Source: Octopus sinensis (lineage: Eukaryota). From it: DNA of 26,267 nucleotides. Made by a program: the position numbers and the translations under genes. Within the stretch, counting starts at the first letter, position 1, and each line of letters opens with the position of its first letter. Location: NCBI RefSeq assembly GCF_006345805.1, contig NW_021834749.1, positions 1 to 26,267 of the forward strand. Direction: 5' to 3'. Positions 1 to 11,145 of the stretch are shown here, piece after piece. The notes below the pieces were generated by a model. It did no database searches and had not been told where the DNA came from. It saw only the letters and a list, made by a program, of their open reading frames with translations.

Positions 1-94
1 CTTTTCTTTCTCTTTCTTACGGACTTCCTTTATTTACATTTCGGTTGTCATTCTCTTTCTGTTTGTTCTTCTTTGTTACTCATTCTTCTACATT

Positions 95-157
95 TTGTTG
101 TTGTTGTTGTCGTTGTTCTTCTTCTAATTCTCCTTCTCCTTCTTCTTCTTCTTCCTC

Positions 158-201
<44 letters not shown>

Positions 202-205
202 TTAT
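95..205. repeat. Compound (TTG/TTC)n-(ATT)n microsatellite
   Basis: Direct reading: ttgttgttg, cttcttctt and attattatt runs. Confidence 0.95.
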
Positions 206-364
206 AGTCATATCGTATTCCACCCCTTTTCTCCTTTCCTTCTCTCATCTTTTATGTAACCTCCACCACCCGTCCCAACCCCCCACCCACCCCCACAAAT
301 TGTTACAGCGGTCTTGTACAACTGACTTGATACCCCTGCGGCAAATGAAAGGGATCCACAGTGA

Positions 365-425
365 TTATCATCATCATCATCATCCTCTCATCCTCATCAA
401 GGTTGTCATCCTCATCACCACCACT

Positions 426-484
<59 letters not shown>

Positions 485-612
485 TATCATCAACGCCAAC
501 ATCATCACCTTCGCCATCGTCATCATCATCGTCTTCGTTATTATTATTAATATCATTATTATTGTATTGTTGTTGTTGTTAGTATTTCTACTACTACTGC
601 TACTGCTACTAC
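365..612. repeat. (ATC)n microsatellite with ATT/TTG/CTA tracts
   Basis: Long catcatcat run with point variants; it explains ORFs 45..788, 361..582 and 380..649. Confidence 0.95.
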
Positions 613-779
613 TACCATTGTGTTCCTTCTTTCTCTCCTTCCTCACCACTATTCATTTATTAGTTCATTATAATGCATATAGTCATATTATCATATTCCC
701 CCTTCATATACCCGCCTCGTGTATCTGTGTACGTGCGCACATAATATTGAATCCGTACACACGTAAACACGTGTTTGTA

Positions 780-856
780 TTCATATAAATGCATATATAC
801 AAGTATATATTCTATATCGGTATATATTTGCATGCGCGCATATATATATGCATATA

Positions 857-899
<43 letters not shown>

Positions 900-1205
900 T
901 CATATCTATATGTGTGTGTATGTATATATATATATACACTTATATATGCATGTCAAATGCGTGTCGCACGTTAGTCAGTATCCCGAGTCGTTCACTGATG
1001 CTTGTTTTATGGTTTAACATAGCCACCACGCCCCATTATGCTGTTATATTAACACTCACCCGCACATACACACCACCTCATTCCTCCATATATAACCATA
1101 CATACATATTATATACTATTTTATATATGTATATATATATGAAAATATATATATATATGTATATATGTACATATATATGTATGTATATATATATTATATA
1201 TATAT

Positions 1206-1236
<31 letters not shown>

Positions 1237-1240
1237 ATGT
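780..1240. repeat. (TA)n/(TATG)n low-complexity tracts
   Basis: Interrupted tatata and tgtata runs. Confidence 0.9.
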
Positions 1241-1812
1241 ATTACAGCATACATGTTTGGGTAGACAGATTCACACACACACACGTGTGTGTGGGCTGTG
1301 CGTGTATGTGTGCACATACCCCAAAAAAGCGTGCAAACACAAATAAAATCTTTTCTTTCTTTTGTGTATCGCATTGGGACAAAACATTTTAAAATTAAAA
1401 AATGTTTAAGTTCCGTAAATAAAACCAGAAAAAGAACACCACAAGCAAAACCAACAACAACAGCAACAACACTAGCATTTACAAAAACAATGTCCGTGTA
1501 TGTGACACACAGTCAAGCAGCCAAGCAAGAAACCAGCCGACCACGAAAGCGACCAATGAACAAAGAACTCTTAATAAAAGCGGTAAGTCCTTCACAGGGC
1601 TGACCGCATCCGACCACAAATTTGCCCACTGGACCGGTTGAAACCAGTCGGGTTTACCACAATAACGTCCGAGAAAGCGGAAGCTGGAAAGCTACTTAAC
1701 CGATTCCACTGTGTTTTTTTCTTTCTCTTTTTTTTTTTTTTGTAAGTTGTCGATGAAAGTTTCATATTTGTCAAACCTGCACCGATGGAAAAGAAAAAGA
1801 AAAACAACATTG

Positions 1813-1815
1813 ATA

Positions 1816-1877
<62 letters not shown>

Positions 1878-2006
1878 TGAAAATGAGGAGGTGGAGGAGA
1901 AGGAGAAGCTCTTCATCTTTGACAACGAGGTTGATGATGATGACACTAGCAACAACAATAACAACAATAACAATAATAATTATTAGGATTATTATTATTA
2001 TCATTC

Positions 2007-2043
<37 letters not shown>

Positions 2044-2123
2044 CATTCCTGTTAATATCATAATCATTATTATTATTATCATCATCATCATCATCATCAA
2101 CATCATCATCATCATCATCATCA

Positions 2124-2161
<38 letters not shown>

Positions 2162-2185
2162 TTATTATTATTATTATTATTAGAA
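1813..2185. repeat. (AAT)n followed by (ATT)n/(ATC)n microsatellites
   Basis: Direct reading. Confidence 0.95.
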
Positions 2186-2284
2186 ACCCTTACAATGCGA
2201 AACCAAATCGAAGCCATTATTGATTAATAATTCTTATTGCAATAACAATAACACTAGTAATGAGGATAAACTCGAAAACGAACA

Positions 2285-3155
2285 TTGATGATGAGATGAG
2301 ATGATGATGATGAATGATATGATGATGATGATGATGATGTGATGATGAAATGATGATGATGATAATGATTGATGATGAGATTATGCGATGATGATGATGA
2401 TGACGATGACGGTGACGGTGATGATGATGATTATGATGATGATGATATGGTGATGATGATGGTGATGGTGATGGTGATGGTGATAGTGATGGTGGATGAT
2501 GATGATGATGATGTGATGATGATGTGAGATATGACGATGACGATGACGATGATGATGATGACGATGACAGTGATGGTGATGATGATGATGATGATGATGG
2601 TGATGATGATGGTGATGGTGATGGTGATGGTGATGGTGATAGTGATGGTGATGATATGGTGATGATGATGGTGATGGTTGGTGATGGTGATAGTGATGGT
2701 GATGATGATGATGATATGATGATGATGAGATGATGATGATGATGACGATTACGATGACGATATGAATATGACGATGACAGTGATGGTGATGATATGATAT
2801 GATGAGTGATGATGATGGTGATGGTGATGGTGATGTGATGTGGATAGTGATGGTGATGATGATGATGATGATGATTGATGATGATGATGATGATGATGAT
2901 GGTGATGATGATGGTATGGTGATAGTGATGGTGATGGTGATGATGATTATGATGATGACGATGACGAATGATGATGATGATGATATGATGACGAGATGAG
3001 ATGATGACGATGATGATGATGATATGACGATGATGAATGATGTTGATGAGATGAGCGATGATGATGAGATGATTATGACGATGTGGTGATGGTGATTGTG
3101 ATGATGATGATGATGTGATGATGATACGATGATGATGATGATGGTGATGGTGATG

Positions 3156-3187
<32 letters not shown>

Positions 3188-3263
3188 GGTGATGGTGATT
3201 GTGATGATGATGATGATGGTGATGATGATGACGATGATGATGATGATGGTGATGGTGATGATG

Positions 3264-3295
<32 letters not shown>

Positions 3296-3372
3296 GGTGA
3301 TGGTGATGATGATGATGATGGTGATGGTGATGGTGATGGTGATGATGATGATGATAAAGATGATGATGATGA
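2285..3372. repeat. ~1.1 kb degenerate (GAT)n/(GGTGAT)n trinucleotide satellite
   Basis: gatgatgat with ggt/gac substitutions and frame-shifting indels; produces the poly-M/D/I/H ORFs. Confidence 0.95.
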
Positions 3373-3491
3373 GGAGGAGGAGGTGGTGGATTTTATCCCG
3401 ATACGAGGGCACCTCTATCTCTCGCCACCCGATGAGTCATGCCATGTAGTATCACCAAACACAAAGCCTCTCATTTACTATTACTTTTTTT

Positions 3492-3660
3492 TCTTTAACT
3501 CGATTCAGTCATGCGGCTGCGGTCATGCTGGAGCACCATCGCGTGCGTTTGATTTGTGAGATGCGATTAAAATACTTTCCTGTTACTTTAGGTAAGCGAC
3601 CCCTTACCGGAATAATGACAAGCCAAGTGGAATCGAGCAAAAATTGAACCCACAACGTAA
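3492..3660 (-). mobile_element. Highly decayed SINE-like element ending in the shared GGTGCTCCAGCATGGCCGCAG...GACTGAA tail
   Basis: The reverse complement ends ggtgctccagcatgaccgcagccgcatgactgaatcgagttaaaga, matching the tail at 13873-13920. A B-box-like gggttcaatt lies near 3641-3650. Confidence 0.6.
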
Positions 3661-3858
3661 AGTTTGTCACAAGGTAAATAAAGGTAACCTACATCCCAAC
3701 AGAAAATTAATCCCATCAACAGCAAAGATGCATTTCATCATTTTGATATCAACCACTCTGGGACCATCCATATTTTTTTATATTAGACCTCTCTTCTTTA
3801 AAGTGATATAAATTATATAATTTTCACCAAAAGTTCGTGCTAGTTTATACTCCAAATT

Positions 3859-4160
3859 GATTGTTCCTTCTCGAGCCATGCCTGGCTCATAAGGGCCGGT
3901 TTCCCGGTTTCCTTGGCGTATAGGTTCCCCACCTGGACGGGACGCCGGTCCGTCGCAGTTGAGCTGCTTGATGCAGGAGGAAAGAGTAAGAGAAAGTTGT
4001 GGCGAAAGAGTCAGCAGAAGTTCGCCATTACCTTCTGCCAGAGCTGCTTGGGGCTTAGGTGTTTCGCTCATAAATACACACATCACCCGGTCTGAGATTC
4101 GAACCTGCAATCCCTCGGCCGCGAGTTCGCTGCTCTAACCACTAGGCCATGTGCTTCCAC
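3859..4160 (-). mobile_element. Full-length tRNA-derived SINE (tRNA-Arg-like head, V-domain-like core)
   Basis: The minus strand begins gtggaagcacaTGGCCTAGTGGttagagc...GGTTCGAATCtc (Pol III A and B boxes). The core is ctgcgacggaccggcgtcccgtccagg and the tail ccggcccttatgagccaggcatggctcgagaaggaacaa. The family assignment is from memory. Confidence 0.85.
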
Positions 4161-5389
4161 TTATGTTCCAAATAGAAGCTCTATAATGACAAAGTTATTT
4201 TACCAAATTCTTTATAATTTTCTTAATTAATCGTAAGAAAAGCAATGTATAGGGTGGCCATCCACCCGCTGACATTCTGTTTTATAGTGGTCTAAATGAA
4301 AGTTTTCCATCAAAATTTTTCATGTTAATACACGTCTCTAAGACAAGTTTAGTTATGTCAAAGTTATTTCACTAAATTTATTATTCTCAAAATTAAATGA
4401 AACAAAATTGAAATATAACTTTTGAAATATAAATTTTGGCCACTATAGGCCCAGGCCATGTCTAACTTAATAGCACCACCTGGTGAAGTCTTTTATTCAT
4501 AAAGGTTGTACCATGGCTCACTCAAGCAAAGAGTTATTATTGTTGGAGACATATCCGAGTGTAGGAGGTTAATCCGGGATTTTGAAGGGAAATTTGTCCA
4601 GGGAACTTTTGAATTTTGTGGGATGTTTCCGTTTTGATGTATTTTGATATAATATCAAAGAGTGCAGAACCGGCGGGGGTAAAGTAGTTTTGTTGTAATG
4701 TTGCTGTTTCTTGAGTTCGATTCTTGTAGTGGGCGGATAACAAAAGTATATTAAGAAAGGTTAAATGGATCCCCTTTTTTAAGCCAACACAAATTAAGTG
4801 GTGCTAGGGAAAATGCACAAGGAGAGCAGGGGTTTACAAATCTCTAGGCTATGGTACCCAATTTTATTTTATGGTTTCTCGCCAGAATAGAATAGATTTG
4901 ATAAAATAAACCTTACCGTTGTGTACAAGCATCTTACAATGTGTATACAAACGAAAATACATACGGTATTGTGATTAAATGCAGCATGAACAACAATGAA
5001 TAATCGCGTCTGGAAACACTTGAATCCTTTGAGAAGTTAGAAAATATTCGTTTTATATAGTAGATAAAAACCGGTGTTGTTGAAGAAAATATATTAAAGT
5101 GTTTCTCTCCAAAGTACGACTTTGGAAACATCACAAATTATATTGGACAGAACGCAGTCACAACAAAGAGGTCAAGGAGACACCTACTAAAGAATAAAGC
5201 AAAAAAAAAAAAAGAAAAGAAAAGAGAAAACTTTTGGAAGCCCGTTTTTATTATTTTTTAAAAACTAAACTAGACAGAACATGGAGTGTTTGGTTAATAA
5301 TGATAATGTGGTTGATTCAACTCCTGGAGGGAGCGGCGTTTGTACAAAGCACTTTGTTACAAGTTGCTCCAGTTATTCACACAGACGCA

Positions 5390-5401
5390 CATATATATAT
5401 G

Positions 5402-5435
<34 letters not shown>

Positions 5436-5535
5436 TGTATGTATGTATGTATGTATAAACTTTAGGCTATTTCTGTTGCTTTTCAATAAAGTGTATATGT
5501 GTATGTGTATGTGTATATATATATATATATATATG
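5390..5535. repeat. (TATG)n and (TA)n microsatellites
   Basis: Direct reading. Confidence 0.95.
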
Positions 5536-5548
5536 CACACAAATGTTT

Positions 5549-5631
5549 GGGCTTGGTACGAAGCAGTAGGACTGAACCCAGAACAGCATGGTCACAATGC
5601 GAGCTTCTACGTACACCGCCATGCCTGTGCC
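5549..5631 (-). mobile_element. Decayed 5' head fragment of the same SINE family as 14188-14576
   Basis: The reverse complement ggcacaggcatggcggtgtacgtagaagctcgcattgtgaccatgctgttctgggttcagtcctactgc aligns by eye to the head ggcttaggagtggctgtgtggtaagtagcttgc...ccgggttcggtcccactgc. Confidence 0.65.
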
Positions 5632-5832
5632 ACAGAGCAAAGTTTAATGTCCATTTGTATACCGATATTTTCAAACAGAAAATTAACCCCACGAAGACAG
5701 GGTCCTTATGACTGGAATACTTCAGTGTCTGATCTGGATCGACGTGGAGACTAAAATTAAAAATAGGCCGACCCCAAGATAATATATACCGTTATCAATT
5801 GTATTCACCTCCTCCAACTCTAAATAAGAGGG

Positions 5833-5931
5833 TATAAAAGCAGAGAAGAGCGCGGTGACGCCATCACAGCGTTCTTCTCTGTGACGTCATCACCGTGTTT
5901 GTGGCGTCATCACCGCGCGGAGATGACGTCA
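5833..5931. promoter_or_regulatory. TATA box plus cluster of four CRE/CRE-like sites
   Basis: TATAAAAG 5833-5840; TGACGCCA 5856-63, TGACGTCA 5882-89, TGGCGTCA 5902-09, TGACGTCA 5924-31. Confidence 0.55.
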
Positions 5932-5946
5932 CTAACTCTTACTCAC

Positions 5947-6006
5947 CATTGCTGATTCGGGAAACAGTTGATATAATTCAGAGAATTCTTTCTCGACAGT
6001 ACGCAT
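5947..6006 (-). CDS. Candidate coding part of a spliced exon (exon 6168-5947), peptide MRTVEKEFSELYQLFPESAM; product unknown
   Basis: Acceptor ttttattcagcatttcccctctcag| before 6168 and consensus donor ATG|gtgagt at 5946. In-frame TAA at 6030-6028 upstream of the ATG. No homology recognised; it may be a non-coding exon. Confidence 0.3.
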
Positions 6007-6409
6007 GTATGTGTGTGTGTGTGTGTATTACACTCACACATAAACCAGTCGGTGGTGAAAATTTCTGGTTTTAAGGTTGTTGCGAAAAACCTGGGTGGAG
6101 GCCCAACCTTCCGAGTCCTTTTACAAGGCTTAGGAAAACTGACGGACCGCTGCATTAGGTGTGTGAATCTGAGAGGGGAAATGCTGAATAAAATCATAAT
6201 TAACTCATTCTCATCTATTTTCTTTTATACAAAGCCAGGAATATATATATAATATATATATATATAAAATAACTATAAGAGAGTGGTCACTATATGCTCA
6301 CTCTGCCACCAGTTAATCAAAAGGTTTCAACCACAAGATACATGTTTCCCATGAAAGTCAGTACGATTTTTAGCTCACACGGACAGGGCAAATAAAAAAT
6401 AACAAAAAA

Positions 6410-6501
6410 CAGATTATTTTGGGACCTTGTTTTTCGCTATTATGATTAATGTAATTTTACTTACAAAAAATCCACTTGTAGCTCGTCAGCCAAACTATCT
6501 G
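6410..6501 (-). ncRNA. Type I hammerhead ribozyme motif, mirror copy (GAAAAAC instead of GAAAC as assembled)
   Basis: Minus strand: cagatagtttgg CTGACGA gcta[loop]tagc GAAAAAC aag GTC ccaaaataatctg. Confidence 0.6.
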
Positions 6502-6688
6502 GATGAAATCCACTCAATCACAACGCCAGATTTACCATAACGATTTCTTAATGCAGTTATTTGTTTTCCGTGAAAGTTTGGCGCGCTGTTGTTGGGGCAT
6601 TTGAATTAAACGTCGGATGTAATCAATTGAACCCACACGCGTATTTTCGTTATGGTAAAATCTGGCGTGTGATTGAGTGGATTTCATC

Positions 6689-6782
6689 CAGATAGTTTTG
6701 GCTGACGAGCTACAAGTGGGATTTTTTTTGTAAGTAAATTACATTTAATTCATTAATAGCGAAACATTGTCCAAAATATCTG
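6689..6782 (+). ncRNA. Type I hammerhead ribozyme motif with complete catalytic core and minimal stem III
   Basis: Stem I cagatagttttgg/caaaatatctg; CUGACGA 6702-6708; stem II GCUA/UAGC (6709-12/6757-60); GAAA 6761-64; stem III AC-auu-GU; GUC triplet with predicted cleavage after 6771. Confidence 0.75.
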
Positions 6783-7135
6783 TATTTTGTTATTTTTTAT
6801 TTTGCCCTGTCCGTGTGAGCTACAATCGTACTGACTTTCATGGGAAACATGTATCTTTGTGGTTGAAACCTTTTGGTTAACTGGTGCTAGAGTGAGCCTT
6901 AGTGACCACTCTCTTATATTTATTTTGTTAAAATATTAATATAATTATAAAATATTATAATAATCCAGGTTTCCGGAGCACTAGGCACTTGGTGTTGATA
7001 GAATATACTATTAAATTAGTATCTAATTCTCTCACCCTTATTAATTATATATATATATATTATTATATATACGCCATGATAGATCGCTGGCCAGTACACA
7101 TTCTTTATTTGCTCTCCTTGCTTCTATCTGTGTTC

Positions 7136-7171
7136 CTTTCTGTAGAAGAGCGTAGGCTCGAAACGTTAAAG
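7136..7171 (+). ncRNA. Degenerate minimal hammerhead-like motif inside an interspersed repeat (~7070-7265)
   Basis: cttt CTGTAGAA gagc-gtag-gctc GAA ACGT T aaag. Stems I and II and a palindromic stem III are present, but the core reads CUGUAGAA rather than CUGANGA. Confidence 0.4.
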
Positions 7172-7259
7172 ACTTTTTCAATTCCCGAGAGTTATACTAA
7201 TACATCTGTTTGCTGTCTACACCACCTGTCTTCGACCTTTGTTCTTTTTTGTAAATTCT

Positions 7260-7261
<2 letters not shown>

Positions 7262-7322
<61 letters not shown>

Positions 7323-7460
7323 CGCATATATGTATGTATATATGTCTGTATGTATATATGTATGTATGTATATGTATGTATGTATGTATGTATGTATGCA
7401 CGTATGTCTGTATGTATATATACATATATATGCATATATATGGATATATATATATGTATG

Positions 7461-7510
<50 letters not shown>

Positions 7511-7689
7511 TATGTATGTATCTATATAGGTATGTATATAATATTTGTTCCGTGTACTCTATACGTGTATTCAATAATGGTAGGTAGAGAGTACTTTAAA
7601 AGGCACGAAAACTCGTATTTGTTTATATCCTTATAATACATATATATAATATATATATATAAATATTATCTATATATATATATATATAT

Positions 7690-7732
<43 letters not shown>

Positions 7733-7834
7733 TATTATACAGAGAGAAGAGAGAGAGAGAGACATGAAATAATGTAGGTTTCAGGTAAATGTAATATTAT
7801 GATCAACCATATATTCGCGTCTATATATATATAT

Positions 7835-7866
<32 letters not shown>

Positions 7867-7900
7867 TACACACACACACACTCTCTCTCTCTCTCTCACG

Positions 7901-7943
<43 letters not shown>

Positions 7944-8000
7944 GTCCATGCATACAAAGATACATACATACATACGTACATACATACAGTTCGATACACA
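7262..8000. repeat. Compound (TA)n/(TATG)n/(AG)n/(CA)n/(CT)n microsatellites
   Basis: Direct reading. Confidence 0.9.
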
Positions 8001-8129
8001 TGTATATACGTACCTAAATAATGTATATAAACTTATGTATACAAATGCTCACAAGTGTCGCTGTATCTGATTTTCGGTTTTTCTTTTTCTCCTCAAATAA
8101 AATTCGTTTTTTGTTTCATATACTCACGC

Positions 8130-8667
8130 ACGCGCGCGCACACACACACACACGCACACCCACATACTTCTCTTTCTTTCTCTCTCACTCTCTCTCTCCC
8201 TCTTGTTCTTTTACTCACTCTTTCTCTCTCTCTCTTTTTTTTTACTCACTCTCTCTTTCTCTTTCTTCTACTCTGTTAGTCTTACCCATGCCTTGTCCCT
8301 GCTGGGTCCTTTACTCTCTCTCTCTCTCTCTCACTCCAATTCTCCCTCTCTGTCTCTTACACCCTCACACTCTCTCTTACACCCACACTCTTTCTCACTC
8401 AACACGCACATTAAATCTCTTACTGCCACTCTCTCTTTCTCTTTCGGTCTCTCTAATTCTCACGCTTCCTCGCTTCGTAACTTACTCCTGCTTTCTCCAT
8501 CTTAATCCCGGAATCAATCTTTTAATCCGTTTCTCTTTCTATGTTTCTTTTCTGCTTCCTCACTCTCTCTCTCTCACACACACACACACCTCTATCCCAC
8601 TCTCTCACACACTCTATCTTTCCTTTTTTCTTTTTCCTTCCCTACCCCTTTCCATCACCTCTCTCTC

Positions 8668-8725
<58 letters not shown>

Positions 8726-8850
8726 CTCTCTCGAACACTCTATCCTTCCTTTTTTCTTTTTCCTTCCCTCCACCTTTCCATCTCACTCACCCTCTCTTTC
8801 TCTTCCTCACACCCATACTCACAAACACACTCGCGCGCGCACACACACAC
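8130..8850. repeat. CT-rich/(CA)n low-complexity region
   Basis: ctctctct, cacacaca and tatata runs. Confidence 0.9.
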
Positions 8851-9309
8851 GAAATGAGTAACCAAAATGGCAGAAAGTGGAAAACAAATGAACCCAAAAT
8901 TGACCCAAAATGAATAGAATATATATATGGGGGAATGGAGTTTGTAGATATTCATATGTATATATGTGTGTCTATGAGTGTGTGTTTGTGTGTGTGTGTG
9001 TATGTGTGTGTATGTAGCTACAGAAATAAATATGTAAAATTCTGAAACCCGACCAAAGGAACATAAACGCCAATGTGAAAACGAAAGTGAAAGTAGTTGA
9101 ATGCGTTTGTATTGAATGGGGAGAAAGAGAAGGAAAGAAATGATGAAGGAAACATAACAACTGAGAGCTACACAAAACAACGACAAAAACAACATCGGAA
9201 CGCCATATAACAACAGCAACAACAAAAATGGAGAAAACACAATAAGCTAAGCAAAAAAACATTGAGAAGAAATTAAATAGCTAAAAAGTCATAATAATGA
9301 TTACATATA

Positions 9310-9339
9310 CATGTGTGTGTGTGTGTGTGTGTGTGTGCG

Positions 9340-9374
<35 letters not shown>

Positions 9375-9487
9375 CTTGTACGTGTATATATATATTAGAA
9401 TATTGAATAATTATATATAGATTTAAAAACAATTCTAAATCAAAGCGGACTTATTAATTTTATTATTAATATTTATAAAAACATTAC

Positions 9488-9536
<49 letters not shown>

Positions 9537-9561
9537 ATTATTATTATCGTTATTATTATTG

Positions 9562-9598
<37 letters not shown>

Positions 9599-9674
9599 TA
9601 TTATTATTACTATTACTATTATTATTATTATTATTATCATTATTATCCTTATCATTATTATTGTTATTATTATT

Positions 9675-9711
<37 letters not shown>

Positions 9712-9930
9712 CCCTCATCATTATTATTATTGATCTTGTTGCTGTTATCTTTATTATCGTCATCGTCAACTTCACCATCAATATTATTATGGTTGTTATT
9801 GATATTGTTACCATCGACGTCATCATCATCATCATCGTCGTCGTCATAAGCATCAGCATAATCATCAGCATCATTATTATTAAAATTGTTCTTTTTGTTA
9901 TTATTATTGTGTTGTTGTTGTTGTTTTTGA
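9310..9930. repeat. (TG)n then (ATT)n/(ATC)n microsatellites
   Basis: Direct reading. Confidence 0.9.
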
Positions 9931-10179
9931 TGTTGTTTTTTAACCATCATTTTTCAATCGTCTTTCAATCGGATTTCTATTTTGCTGGTTGGTCTGATTT
10001 GTGTTGGCTGTATTTCATCATGGCGTTACAACACATATCGATCAATCGATGTGTGGGTCGCTGTGTCTGTCTGTCTGTCTGTTTGTCGGTTTGATCGGTC
10101 GTTTTTGTCGGTCGGTAACTTGTGATGAAAAATTCTACATCCGGTATATCAATCAACTGAACTCGGTACTTTTGTTCAG

Positions 10180-10698
10180 ACACACACACACACACACACA
10201 CACACACCACACGCACACACACACGCAAACACACACACACACACACACACACGCACGCACACACTCTCGCACACACACTAACCCACATGTACACACACAT
10301 TGCCAGCCACATATAACACCACACAGACATACACACATATAAGCACAGAAATATACACACACAAAAAAATACACTTACAAACACACATAGATACACACAC
10401 ACACATACACTGTACGCCGCCGCCGCTACCACAACTACGCACCCATCAATTCTTACACCCGCCCATACTACCAGTCATCTTAAACAAACACACACACACA
10501 CACACAAATAAAGATGCACACGTATACACACATACACACACACACAATTAAAGATGCACACGCAGATATAGATACACACATACACACACAAATAGACACA
10601 CGCACAAACACACACACAAAAAAGGCACACATATATATAAACATACAGATACACATACAGACGCTTATACACACACCACACGTACACACACACACACA

Positions 10699-10734
<36 letters not shown>

Positions 10735-10745
10735 ACAACAAACAC
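10180..10745. repeat. Degenerate (CA)n microsatellite
   Basis: Direct reading. Confidence 0.9.
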
Positions 10746-10799
10746 ACTATCCCCTAAAATCCTGACAGACAAGAATAAGGAGAATTAGCCAGGCAAGCA

Positions 10800-11145
10800 G
10801 GCAAAAACCGGAAGTTCGGAACTGTTGTCGTTTCGCTAAGCATAATAGACTCGGAATAAACAGACGCCTCCCAAAATAGTTACATAGCTAATATCCTGAG
10901 CGTTTATTACAGGCAATATGGAGAGAAGTGGTGGGGGCGGGTAGATGGGGCCCGTAACAAAACATCTAACTAAAGCTACGCTAACCTTAACCTAACCTCC
11001 AACAGGGGGGAAGCCAAACCAATACTACCCTTCACACATAAAAATACATATTCGTAACTTGCGTCGCCCTCCCAACTTTCGCCGCCATTTCCCTTTTTTT
11101 CTGTTTTCTGTCTCTCTTTCTCTCTTTTTTCCGCCATTTTTGCGT
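10800..11145. promoter_or_regulatory. Candidate housekeeping-type (TATA-less) promoter
   Basis: ETS site ACCGGAAGT 10807-15; GC box GGGGCGGG 10934-41; CCAAT 11019-23; two YY1-type motifs GCCGCCATTT 11081-90 and CCGCCATTTT 11131-40. This is a CpG-richer unique island between microsatellites. Confidence 0.5.

Larger units (their letters stand above)
6274..6918. mobile_element. Fold-back element: ~270-bp inverted arms (6274-6543 / 6647-6918) with ~100-bp spacer, each arm carrying a hammerhead motif
   Basis: tataagagagtggtcac... at the left end is the reverse complement of ...gtgaccactctcttata at the right end. The arms align throughout with small indels; the flanks are AT-rich. Confidence 0.9.

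Noticed and set aside
1604-1685. Minus-strand peptide FRFLGRYCGKPDWFQPVQWANLWSDAV (CUB- or SLC6-like look)
   Set aside because: The motif spacing does not fit either family, the donor is weak, and the phase cannot be linked to other candidate exons.
45-3449. Poly-I/M/D/H/N ORFs
   Set aside because: Translations of trinucleotide microsatellites.
4917-5184. Minus-strand exon with strong polypyrimidine acceptor and ACG|gtaagg donor
   Set aside because: All frames from the main acceptor contain stops, and an alternative 93-nt exon gives no recognisable protein. It may be non-coding, but that is unsupported.
10981-10998. ctaaccttaacctaacc as a telomeric remnant
   Set aside because: Only about three imperfect TTAGG-type units; too short to distinguish from chance.
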